Positions 7,705 to 16,403 of a DNA stretch of 25,635 bases are shown here, piece by piece. The notes under the pieces are model-generated. The model was given only the letters and a program-made list of their open reading frames with translations, did no database searches and had not been told where the DNA came from. The DNA lies in IMG/VR virus record IMGVR_UViG_3300017754_001581, positions 1 through 25,635 of that record; one strand, given 5' to 3'. Position 1 is the first letter of the stretch; each line of letters starts with the position of its first letter. Source of the DNA: a virus (lineage: Duplodnaviria > Caudoviricetes). The translations under genes and the position numbers were made by a program.

Positions 7705-9515
7705 TGGCCGACCTGTTCGACCGCTACGGCATCGCGACCAGCCCGGCAGCGGCAGCGCCTGCGCCTGCATCGGCTCCGGACCTGTTCGACAGGTATGAGT
7801 TTGCAAGCGACGGCATGCCGTCCGGTGGCGTTCAGGATTGGGAGCCGCAGGGCTACAGCGGCACGCAGATGGCCGCCCGCAAGGTCGGACTGGCCGCGCA
7901 GGGCGTGAACGACGCCATCTTGCCCACGATCATCGGCGCGCCCGTGGATGCTGTGGCGTGGGGCCTCCGTCAGGTCGGCGTCCCGGTCAACGACCCGCTG
8001 GGCGGTTCCAAGTCCATCAAGCGCGGGATCGACTACGCGGCGACACTTCCGGGGCGTGTCTCCGATGCTGTATCGCAGGGCTCGACGGCGCCCCTCACGG
8101 ATGACCGGACCTCGCGCATCGAGCCGGTGACGGCGGGCGAAAAGACCGCCTATGGGGTGGGCGAGGGCGTCGGCAATGCCCTGTCTGTTGCAGTACCCGC
8201 CGGCATGGTGGCGCGCGGCGCACAGGCCGGGACCGCAACGCAGGGCGTGGCGAACGTGCTGGCCTCTCAGCCTGTCACGCAGGCGGTTGCCGGCGGTGTG
8301 GGCGGTGGCGTCACCGGAGCAACGGATAACCCTCTATACGGCCTCGCGGCCTCTCTGGCGGTGCCTGTGGCTGCGGCCGGTGTGCGCGGCGCGATTTCGC
8401 CCGTCACCAACCGCCTGTCGCCGCAGGAACAGCGCCTCGTGCAGGCCGCGCAGGCCGAAGGCATCCAGCTTACCCCGGCACAGATGACAGGGAGCCGCAG
8501 CCTTCGTGGGGCGGAGGAGACGATGGCGCGCATGCCGTTGTCCAATACGCCCATGCAGGCCGCTTTCGAGACGCAGCGCGGCCAGTTTAATCGCGCCGTC
8601 ATGCAGCGTGCGGGCGCGGTTGCCGACGATGCTTCACCCGACACAATGCAGCGGGTTTTCACGGGGCTTGGGCAAGTCTTCGACGACCTGTCTGCGCGCA
8701 CGACGGTCAACGTCGACCCGCAGTTCGGCCAAGCCGTGCAGCGTGTCGCCGCCAACTATGGCCGACGCCTTGAAACCGACGTGGCCCCGGTCTTCCAGTC
8801 CTACCTTGACGACCTGACCCCGCTCATCCAGGCGGCCAACACGCCGGGCGCGGCGCCGCAGATTGCCGGCGATGTCTACCGGACGATGCGTAGCGACATC
8901 ACCACGCGCATGCGGGAGACCAACAACCTGCCGCTTCGCCGGGCGCTGGGCGGGCTGGTCGAAGCCCTTGACGATGTGATGGAGCGCAGCACGTCGGGCG
9001 CCCTGCGGCAGGAATGGCAGGAAGCGCGCCGCAACTACGCGAACCTGATGACGATCGACCGCGCCATGCAGGGCGGCACGCAGGCAGGCCGCTCGGCCGG
9101 CGATGTGCCGTTCAATGCCCTGTCGACTGCGGTCAAAGGAAGCGACCGGACCGGCTACACGCGCGGGCGCGGCGACCTCAACGAGCTTGCGCGCATTGGC
9201 GACTACATCGCTGACAAGGTGCCCAATTCCGGCACCCCGGAGCGGTTGGCGTGGCAGAACATCCTGACGGGCGGTGGCCTGTTCACGGCTGGTGCCGCCT
9301 CGGGAATCGGCATGCCGGCGGCGGCGGTGGGCGCGGCAAGCCCGTGGCTGATCTCGCGCCTCTACAACTCGCCCGCTGGTCGCGCCTACCTGACCAATCA
9401 GTTGGCCGGCAATACCAACTTTAATGCCTTGTACGGATCAACGGCGGCGCAACAGGCGCTCCCAACCGGCCCCGAGAGACAGCCGAACGTGCTGCGTCTG
9501 CGAGGCGGACAATGA
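7704..9515 (+). CDS. Large ejection protein (gp16 position)
   Basis: TAATG coupling at 7704; duplicated DLFDRY N-terminal motif; Gly/Ala hydrophobic stretches; PNSGTPERL and YNSPAGRAYL C-terminal motifs. Confidence 0.75.
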   Translation: MADLFDRYGIATSPAAAAPAPASAPDLFDRYEFASDGMPSGGVQDWEPQGYSGTQMAARKVGLAAQGVNDAILPTIIGAPVDAVAWGLRQVGVPVNDPLGGSKSIKRGIDYAATLPGRVSDAVSQGSTAPLTDDRTSRIEPVTAGEKTAYGVGEGVGNALSVAVPAGMVARGAQAGTATQGVANVLASQPVTQAVAGGVGGGVTGATDNPLYGLAASLAVPVAAAGVRGAISPVTNRLSPQEQRLVQAAQAEGIQLTPAQMTGSRSLRGAEETMARMPLSNTPMQAAFETQRGQFNRAVMQRAGAVADDASPDTMQRVFTGLGQVFDDLSARTTVNVDPQFGQAVQRVAANYGRRLETDVAPVFQSYLDDLTPLIQAANTPGAAPQIAGDVYRTMRSDITTRMRETNNLPLRRALGGLVEALDDVMERSTSGALRQEWQEARRNYANLMTIDRAMQGGTQAGRSAGDVPFNALSTAVKGSDRTGYTRGRGDLNELARIGDYIADKVPNSGTPERLAWQNILTGGGLFTAGAASGIGMPAAAVGAASPWLISRLYNSPAGRAYLTNQLAGNTNFNALYGSTAAQQALPTGPERQPNVLRLRGGQ

Positions 9516-9678
9516 CCTGCGTGTATAGCCACGCGGCGCCGAAGCCGAAGAATATGACGCCCAGCAGCCACGATTGCGCCGTGGGGAGCGGGTCGACCGC
9601 AGCTTGGTATCGGTCGAACGCGAACGCCGCGCCCACCGAAACGACGAGCTGCGACAGCTCCATCCAATCAATTCGCAT
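9421..9678 (-). CDS. Small antisense membrane protein (sieA-like position)
   Basis: Hydrophobic segments LVVSVGAAFAF and WLLGVIFFGFGAAWLYTQVIV; fills the gap between ejection and tail genes; TG-c-TAGGCT extended -10 six nt before ATG. Confidence 0.6.
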   Translation of the reverse strand: MRIDWMELSQLVVSVGAAFAFDRYQAAVDPLPTAQSWLLGVIFFGFGAAWLYTQVIVRLADAARSAVSRGRLGAPVAPPLIRTRH

Positions 9679-9694
9679 GGCGGGAGCCTAGCAG

Positions 9695-10855
9695 ATGTCC
9701 GCGCTCTTCACACCCCCGCGCTACAGCCCAATGTCGGGCAACGGCGCGTCCTATCCCGGCGCCAAGCTGTATTTCTACATCACCGGCACCACGACGCCGA
9801 AGGACACCTATTCCGATAGCGGGCTGGTGACGCCGAACGCAAACCCGGTCGTTGCGGACGGCAATGGCCTGTTCGGCTCGATCTATCTGGCGGCGGGCGA
9901 CTACAAGGTCATCCTCCAGGATGCGAGCAGCAATGTCCTCTGGACCGTCGACCCCCTGTCCGGTCTGGGCGCGGCCGACACGCTGACCACGCGCGGGGAT
10001 CTGCTGACCCGCGACGCCACCGGCTACGAGCGGCTTGCCATCGGCACGGCGGGCAAGGTCCTGACCAGCAACGGCGTTGACGTTCTGTGGTCCACGCCCG
10101 TCTCCCCGCGCTCGGCAGTGCAGGGCCTCACCTACGCCAACAACGGCACCGACGCGACCAATGACATCGACATTGCGACCGGCTCCGCGATGGACGCGAC
10201 CAATGCCGTGATGATGGTGCTGGGCTCGGCTTTGACCAAGCGGCTGGATGCGGCGTGGGCGGTCGGCAACAACCAGGGTGGGCTCGATACCGGATCGATC
10301 GCGGATACCGACTATTTCATCTGGCTCATCAACCGGCCCGATACCGACGTGACCGACGTGCTGTTCTCGACCTCGGCCACGTCTCCGACCATGCCGACCA
10401 GCTACACCTACAAGAAGCTGATCGGGTGGTTCAAGCGGGTGTCGGCCGCCATCGTCGCGTTCAACACCTACGAAGGGCCGGGCGGGGCGCTGGAGTTCAA
10501 ATGGAAGGCGCCGACGCTCGACGTGGACCTTGCCAACACGCTGGAGGACGTGCGCCGACTGGATGCCCTCAAGGTGCCGCTGGCGTTCTCTGTCGAGTCG
10601 ATTGCCCGCTACGAGATGTATGACAACGCGAATGCCACGATTGGGCGCGTCTGTTGTCCCGATGAGACGGACGCGGCCCCCCGGCAAGGCGACGCGCCAC
10701 TGAACAACCTGTTCAGCTATCCCAACATCTTCGCTGTTCAGGAATTGCGCATCCGCACCGACTCGTCCGGCCGCGTCGCCTCGCGCGCCTTCGGACCGAC
10801 GACCGTTGATACCTACGCAATCGCGACTGTCGGCTTCATCTGGGCGCGGAGGTGA
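9695..10855 (+). CDS. Tail fibre/spike with N-terminal virion-anchoring (head-binding-like) domain
   Basis: GAKLYFYITGTTTPKDTYSD...NANPVVADGNG....YKVILQD...LWTVDP N-terminal domain; GGGAG RBS. Confidence 0.75.
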   Translation: MSALFTPPRYSPMSGNGASYPGAKLYFYITGTTTPKDTYSDSGLVTPNANPVVADGNGLFGSIYLAAGDYKVILQDASSNVLWTVDPLSGLGAADTLTTRGDLLTRDATGYERLAIGTAGKVLTSNGVDVLWSTPVSPRSAVQGLTYANNGTDATNDIDIATGSAMDATNAVMMVLGSALTKRLDAAWAVGNNQGGLDTGSIADTDYFIWLINRPDTDVTDVLFSTSATSPTMPTSYTYKKLIGWFKRVSAAIVAFNTYEGPGGALEFKWKAPTLDVDLANTLEDVRRLDALKVPLAFSVESIARYEMYDNANATIGRVCCPDETDAAPRQGDAPLNNLFSYPNIFAVQELRIRTDSSGRVASRAFGPTTVDTYAIATVGFIWARR

Positions 10856-10862
10856 TCCGGCA

Positions 10863-11210
10863 ATGAGCGATGCCGCCCCCATCAATATCACCGCATTCCA
10901 GCCCTTCGAGGGCGGCCGGGGCAGGCGCCTGTCTGTCGCGACGACTTCGGCGCGCGTGGAGCTTCCCGGAACGCAGGCGGTGTCCAATCCCGAGCGGCTG
11001 CGCGTCCTCGTCACCAACCCCAACAGCTTCACCGTCTCGATCCTGATGGGGCAGAGCGACGTGGTGGCGACGACCGATTGCCAAGAGATCCTGCCGGGAA
11101 CGCAGGTGCTTTTCACCCCCCCGACCGTGGCCCCCGACGGCGTGTGGATCGCGGTCATCTGCGAAGGCGGCTCGGGCCACATTCAAGTCACGGCTGGATA
11201 CGGAACATAG
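10863..11210 (+). CDS. Small beta-rich virion protein
   Basis: GGAGG RBS before ATG 10863; EILPGTQVLFT...IAVI......IQVTAGYG pattern. Confidence 0.65.
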   Translation: MSDAAPINITAFQPFEGGRGRRLSVATTSARVELPGTQAVSNPERLRVLVTNPNSFTVSILMGQSDVVATTDCQEILPGTQVLFTPPTVAPDGVWIAVICEGGSGHIQVTAGYGT

Positions 11211-11216
11211 GAGACC

Positions 11217-11516
11217 ATGATGCCCCCCAAAGTTGAAGCGGTTGAAGGCTCCGTCCAGGAGCGAGGCTATGAGCAGATCACCAGCCTCAGCGCGGCGGTC
11301 GGCCTGACGGTGCCCGAAAACACCACGTTCGCCATGATCGGCGTGGAGTCTCAGGCCGTGCGGTATCGCGCGGACGGAACCGACCCAACGGCCTCTGTCG
11401 GCAAGCAACTCGCGGTCGGTCAGGAGATCAAATACACGGGCGACCTTAAGGCCGTGAAGTTTATCGAAGTGGCGGCGAGCGCGAAGCTCAATGTCAGCTA
11501 CTACGGGGTCGTGTGA
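11217..11516 (+). CDS. Small beta-sandwich virion protein
   Basis: AGGAG RBS; GYEQITSLSAAVGLTVP...VRYRADGTDPTASVG...LNVSYY pattern. Confidence 0.7.
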   Translation: MMPPKVEAVEGSVQERGYEQITSLSAAVGLTVPENTTFAMIGVESQAVRYRADGTDPTASVGKQLAVGQEIKYTGDLKAVKFIEVAASAKLNVSYYGVV

Positions 11517-13090
11517 TGGAGATTTACACGCCTCCGTCTCAATCGGTCCTGCTGGCGCCGTTGAACGTCGGCGCCGTTGACCTGATCTCCTATCTGGAAC
11601 GCGGCCAGCCGGTCGAGTTGCAGGCCGGGACGGCCGACATCACCCTGACGACCTCCGCTCAGGCACTGTCGTTCCTCTACCGCGCGCACATGCTCAGCGC
11701 CCCGGAAGGGGAAGAGGTTGTCATCAACCTGCCGGCGATGGACGAGACGTGTACGCAGACGCTTCTGGCGACCACGCGCAATATCACCGTGCGCGGCGCG
11801 GCGTACACCAGCACGACGCTCTCGACGCCGTTCGCCTCCATCACCAGTTCGGCGGCCGGCAATCACCGCGTCGATCTCACGGTAGCGTCTGCCACCGGGG
11901 CGGTTGTCGGCGGATTCGTCGTCATTACCAGCATTACGGACGGCTCGGGGCGCGGGCGCAATCTGCTCGGTTGCCACGAGATCACCGCCGTTAGCGGAAC
12001 CACCGTCACCATCAAGCACAAGTCGCGGCAGAGCGCGCTTCCGTCGCTGGCCGGGATCAGCGCCGGCAGCGTGCGCTTCATGTCGACAATCCTGCGCTTT
12101 GTGGGCCGCACCGGAATCGACATCAGCGGTTACTACGGCGGCCTGTATCAGCGCATGGTCCTGGCGGGCGATGGCACCGGCTCCAACGTATACGGCGTGA
12201 AGGTTGCCGATGGCGCCTCGCTGCGTTGCGGCTGTTCGACCTCGCAGACCTTCGCCGCCGTCAACTTCGCGGAGCATGGGTTTTACGCGATCCAGCGCGC
12301 GACGCTGGAGGCATTCGACACCTACGCCACCGGGAACACCGGGTCCGGTTATCTCATCGGCAACGAGAGTCACGCCACGCTTACCCGCGCGGTGGCCACC
12401 GGCAATAACTCGAACGGAATTTCCGTCAGTTCGCAGTCGGTGCTGACCGCTACGTCGGGCAGCGCGCTTGGCAACGGCGGAAACGGCTACAACGGCAATG
12501 GCCCCAGTCAGTTGGTCGGCGCGTCCACGTTTGCCTTCGATAATGTCAGCAGCGGCTACTACGGCTCAGAACTGACCTATGTCGACGCATCCAGTGGCAA
12601 TTCGCAGGGCAACTTGTACGGCGCCCGCGCCAACAACTCGGAAATCAACATCACCAGCGCGACGGTGTCTAACAACACCACGGGTGACAAGAAGCGCGAG
12701 AATAACGGCCGACTGGTAACAACCAGCACGGCGGCCGATTATCAAGTCCTCGCTGACTCGATCTACACCATGAAGGCCACGGTCGCCGACGATGCCGCGA
12801 CCAGCTTCCTGGTGGACGCGAACGCCAGCCGCAATCTCGGCTGGCAGGTGTTCGTCAACAACTCAGGCTTCAAGGGCAGCGGCCACTGTCAGGTGACGGC
12901 GTCCGTGTTCTGCACGCTCGACGCTGACAGCGTCAGCATGGCGGCGACCACGGGCGTTCTATCCGGCACGACGGGCGCGGACGGCGTTGTCACCGTGTCC
13001 GCCGCTACGGATGGCCGGTTTTACATCGAGAACCGTTCCGGCGCCTCGCGCTCTGTCACCCTCATTTTCACGGGGCAGTCCACGTCATGA
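11513..13090 (+). CDS. Right-handed beta-helix tailspike (depolymerase candidate)
   Basis: Periodic ATGNTGSGY / ATGNNSNGI / ALGNGGNGY / AFDNVSSGY / SQGNLYGA coils. Confidence 0.7.
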   Translation: MMEIYTPPSQSVLLAPLNVGAVDLISYLERGQPVELQAGTADITLTTSAQALSFLYRAHMLSAPEGEEVVINLPAMDETCTQTLLATTRNITVRGAAYTSTTLSTPFASITSSAAGNHRVDLTVASATGAVVGGFVVITSITDGSGRGRNLLGCHEITAVSGTTVTIKHKSRQSALPSLAGISAGSVRFMSTILRFVGRTGIDISGYYGGLYQRMVLAGDGTGSNVYGVKVADGASLRCGCSTSQTFAAVNFAEHGFYAIQRATLEAFDTYATGNTGSGYLIGNESHATLTRAVATGNNSNGISVSSQSVLTATSGSALGNGGNGYNGNGPSQLVGASTFAFDNVSSGYYGSELTYVDASSGNSQGNLYGARANNSEINITSATVSNNTTGDKKRENNGRLVTTSTAADYQVLADSIYTMKATVADDAATSFLVDANASRNLGWQVFVNNSGFKGSGHCQVTASVFCTLDADSVSMAATTGVLSGTTGADGVVTVSAATDGRFYIENRSGASRSVTLIFTGQSTS

Positions 13091-13365
13091 GAACCCTTTC
13101 CGTTGAAGGCAATACCCACACCGTCGACATCGACGGCACGATCCACACCGTCGCCATTCCAGAAGGCGCCGATCCGAAGGTGGCAATCCCGGCCGCGCTC
13201 AAGGAAGCCGCAGAGGTACGCCCGCCGACCTACCGCGAGCGCCGCCTTGCCGAGTACCCGCCGATCCGTGAACAGCTCGACATGCTGGCGAAGGACCCGG
13301 AGTCGTGGCGCAAGACGATTGCCGCGATCAAGGCCCGCCACCCGAAGGTCGCCGGCAAGGTCTGA
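13087..13365 (+). CDS. Tail fibre assembly/chaperone-like protein
   Basis: YRERRLAEYPPIREQLDML...W...IAAIKARHPK motif; ATGA coupling. Confidence 0.65.
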   Translation: MRTLSVEGNTHTVDIDGTIHTVAIPEGADPKVAIPAALKEAAEVRPPTYRERRLAEYPPIREQLDMLAKDPESWRKTIAAIKARHPKVAGKV

Positions 13366-15995
13366 TGCTCCGCGCGCAGACCCGAGGGCCGCTCCCTGGC
13401 GGCTTGCCCTACGACCCGGCCTTTTTCAGGCCCACGGGCGGCGGCATCGGCGCGTCCTCGGTCATCGGCAATACGGACTATTCGCACTTCCCGCAGATGG
13501 AGTTGGGCGCCCGCCAGCGCCTGCATGAGTTCAACTACGAAGGCCCGGAGCATGGGCAGGACTCAGACGAGGCGGTGTGCCTGCGTCAGTTGGGCTTTGC
13601 CGGTGTAGACCTCACCATCGACGGCACGTTCGCGACGGGCGGTGTCGCTTATATCCCGTCCATTACCCGCATCGTCATCGACTCGGTCTATGACATCTCC
13701 GACGTGACCTTCACGGTCTATGGTTTCGATGAGCTGGGCTCGCCGCAGACGGAGACCATCACCGGCCCGGACGACGGGCGCACGACAGGCACGCTTTACT
13801 TCGCCGACCGCATCACCCGAGTTTCATGCAGCGGAAACACGGCGGGCATGCTGTCCGTTGGCTTTCAGGTCACGCCCGGCAAGATGGCGTACCGCTATTC
13901 CGACAATTTCGGGCGCAACTGGTCCACGCCCAACTATCTGGTCGACGGCAACGACAACCGGGGATACCGCCCGGCGCTCATGTCCTATGCCAGCGGCATC
14001 GTCGTCGCGCTCTACTTCAAGCTGGACATTCCCCTCTACGAGACGGGCAACTTCCGCCGCGTCTCCTACGACAACGGCGTCACCTGGGGGCCGGAGGAGG
14101 AGGTTACATTCACGGGGCTGGATACCGGCGACACGGTGGTCTTCCATTCCCGCTGGCGCCAGCTTGGCGACATAAACGGCGCGGAGGTGCAGGTATCGGT
14201 CGGCGCCTCGGGCAACCGCTCGTACACGCTGCGGACTTCGGACTACGGCGCGACCATTGCCAGCATCAAGTTCGCGGAAGTCGACCACGGCGCCGACAAC
14301 GACCTGATCTATGAAATCGACAGCATCAACGACGGGACGAACACGGTCACGCTCAAGTCCTCGCATGGCGACGTGACCGCCTACTGGCCCGCCAACATGG
14401 CAAGCACGATCACCGGGACGGGTGGAGCGAACGGCAACAGCTATGTCATCTCCAGCTCGTTCGGCGCGGGCCAAACCAGCATCGTCCTGAACGAGCTGGC
14501 CGCCGGCACGGTCAGCGCCTCCTCCAAGATCAAACGCCTATACGGCCCGCGTCAGGTTCTCGATGTCGACACCGGCACGAACACCATCCGGATCGAGGGC
14601 GACCAGACGGCCAACATCATCGCCGGATCGGGCCACTATATGGGCTTCAACGGCTTCTCGTCGGGTGGCGTCGGCTATCTCGACGGTGTCGTGGCGGGCG
14701 CTACGTCCGTCACCTACGAGGCGGGCACGCCCGGCAGGACGGCCATCGTGCTATCGGAGCCGATTCCCACCGGCACCATCGCGCGGCCTTTCTCGCGCCT
14801 GTCCGACGTGCAGTTGGGCGAGTGGGGCATCGGCTGCCTCACGGATCTGAACTGGACGCTGGTTCCCCGGACCAACGCCATGCCCTCCGCGCTGCCCCGG
14901 TTCGTGACCAACGACGGAGGCACCACCGTCTCACTCGTCGGCGCCACGCCCACGGTAGAGGGCTCCTACGTCGCGCTGGAGGTCGATTTCGTGCCGACCG
15001 ATCACGGCATAATGGAGCTTATTACCTGCTACGCCCGCAGCACGACGGACAAGTTCTTTGCCGTCTCCTGCGATGCCCTGCTGGCGCGCACCTCGTCGGA
15101 TTATTTCTGCCCGCCCTGGTACTTCCTCAGCATTCCCGACGACTACAACAACTCCGGATACCACAGCATCGTCTTCCCCAACGGGGACGGCTTTGGCGTC
15201 ATGGCCTATGGTAAGGAAAAGACCGAATCGACGGCTGAGGTTCTATGCCGGGTGGTGGATTTCGGGCCGGTCCTGTCCGATGTGACCTATGCCAGCCGCG
15301 CTCCCACCGCCTCCGACGACATCACCGCAGGCTTCGTGCCTGGCCGCCGCTGGGCGCTCTACGACGGTAGCGACCTCTACACGGCGATTTCGACCGTGGA
15401 GGATGAAGCCTCCTGGTTGAGCGCAATCCCCGGCCCGAAACTCAAGTCCGGCCAGTATTACGGCAACAGCCTGGCGGGCGCCGTGGCGACGCAGGCGATC
15501 ACCGAGAACCGCCTCCACTTCGTTCTGGTAGAGGCCCCCGGCCGCCGGATCAGCGTGCAGGCGCTCGCGGTCTATGTCCGCAGCGCAACCAGCATGACGG
15601 GTGCCGAGCAGTTCAAGATGGCCGTCTACGACGACGACGAAGGAACGCCGGGCGCGAAACTCTGGGATGCCGGGACGGGCACCTTCACCGGCTCGGCAGG
15701 CAATCAGCGCCTTGAGGTTGAGGAGACAGTCGGCCCCGGCCGCTTCTGGATCGCCTTCATCGCCAACCTGAACGGCGGCGGCGCGATGCCCGGCCTTCCG
15801 AGTTCCGCAAGCGGCGGCTATGGCCAAGGCATCATCGGATATACCGGCGGCAACTACGCCAGCTTTGTCCGCTACGTCTACAGCGACCAGACCATCCCGA
15901 GCTGGGCGGCCTACACACTGCCCGACCCGGCACCGGCCGTCACCTACAACGACAGCACCGGCAACGCGATCCAGTTGGTTTTCCAAGTTGAGTAA
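13365..15995 (+). CDS. Asp-box (BNR/sialidase-like) beta-propeller tail protein
   Basis: SDNFGRNW, SYDNGVTW, TSDYGAT, TNDGGTT Asp-box-like motifs; TGATG coupling at 13365. Confidence 0.65.
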   Translation: MLRAQTRGPLPGGLPYDPAFFRPTGGGIGASSVIGNTDYSHFPQMELGARQRLHEFNYEGPEHGQDSDEAVCLRQLGFAGVDLTIDGTFATGGVAYIPSITRIVIDSVYDISDVTFTVYGFDELGSPQTETITGPDDGRTTGTLYFADRITRVSCSGNTAGMLSVGFQVTPGKMAYRYSDNFGRNWSTPNYLVDGNDNRGYRPALMSYASGIVVALYFKLDIPLYETGNFRRVSYDNGVTWGPEEEVTFTGLDTGDTVVFHSRWRQLGDINGAEVQVSVGASGNRSYTLRTSDYGATIASIKFAEVDHGADNDLIYEIDSINDGTNTVTLKSSHGDVTAYWPANMASTITGTGGANGNSYVISSSFGAGQTSIVLNELAAGTVSASSKIKRLYGPRQVLDVDTGTNTIRIEGDQTANIIAGSGHYMGFNGFSSGGVGYLDGVVAGATSVTYEAGTPGRTAIVLSEPIPTGTIARPFSRLSDVQLGEWGIGCLTDLNWTLVPRTNAMPSALPRFVTNDGGTTVSLVGATPTVEGSYVALEVDFVPTDHGIMELITCYARSTTDKFFAVSCDALLARTSSDYFCPPWYFLSIPDDYNNSGYHSIVFPNGDGFGVMAYGKEKTESTAEVLCRVVDFGPVLSDVTYASRAPTASDDITAGFVPGRRWALYDGSDLYTAISTVEDEASWLSAIPGPKLKSGQYYGNSLAGAVATQAITENRLHFVLVEAPGRRISVQALAVYVRSATSMTGAEQFKMAVYDDDEGTPGAKLWDAGTGTFTGSAGNQRLEVEETVGPGRFWIAFIANLNGGGAMPGLPSSASGGYGQGIIGYTGGNYASFVRYVYSDQTIPSWAAYTLPDPAPAVTYNDSTGNAIQLVFQVE

Positions 15996-16001
15996 ATGAG
16001 T

Positions 16002-16079
16002 AAAGCAAGCGGCCCCCGACGATGCGCCACACCGCCGGGAGCCTGACCACCACCGACCCCAAGGAGGCCGGCAATGGCT
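16002..16079 (-). ncRNA. Predicted cis-antisense sRNA (SymR-like architecture) covering RBS and start of first lysis gene
   Basis: Two hairpins (16046-16078, 16011-16043) whose 8 mismatches on + are all A/C, i.e. G-U pairs on -; promoter immediately upstream; U-rich tail. Confidence 0.7.
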
Positions 16080-16403
16080 GAGGAGAGCATGAGCGAGAAC
16101 GGACGCAGAGTCAGCCTTGGGGTGCAGGCCTACCGGTGGCTTGTCGCCACAGGCCTAGGGCTTCTGGTCCTCCTGTCGCAGCGGACGCTTGCGGGAATCG
16201 ATGAAACGGCGGCGTCCGTCCGGGACCTGAAATCACAGGTCGCCACCATGCAGGGCACCACGGAAAGCCGGTTCAATGCCCATGCCCAGCGGCTCGACAT
16301 GGTCGACCGCCGCAACGACACGCAGGACACCAAGATCGACGGCCTTTGGCAGCGCCTGTGGAGCTTTCAGTCCGGGCCGAACAACCCGAGAGGCACGCCA
16401 TGA
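16074..16403 (+). CDS. Lysis-cassette membrane protein (holin-like; 1 TM plus coiled coil)
   Basis: AAGGAGG RBS; TM WLVATGLGLLVLLS; ATGA-coupled to endolysin. Confidence 0.6.
   Translation: MAEESMSENGRRVSLGVQAYRWLVATGLGLLVLLSQRTLAGIDETAASVRDLKSQVATMQGTTESRFNAHAQRLDMVDRRNDTQDTKIDGLWQRLWSFQSGPNNPRGTP
16086..16114 (-). promoter_or_regulatory. Antisense sigma70 promoter embedded in lysis gene 5' end
   Basis: CTGACT-17-CATGCT; predicted +1 at A 16079, at the base of hairpin 1. Confidence 0.6.

Noticed and set aside
7707-7800. Direct repeat GACCTGTTCGAC
   Set aside because: Explained by the duplicated DLFDRY peptide at the ejection-protein N-terminus
5575-7806. 743-aa minus-strand ORF, and similar long antisense ORFs (9668-11182, 11501-12373, 24728-25618)
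   Set aside because: Shadow frames of well-supported opposite-strand genes in GC-rich DNA; Arg-rich, with no motifs or RBS
9695-15995. Diversity-generating retroelement or invertible tail-fibre cassette
   Set aside because: No reverse transcriptase or invertase gene, and no template/variable repeat pair noticed by eye
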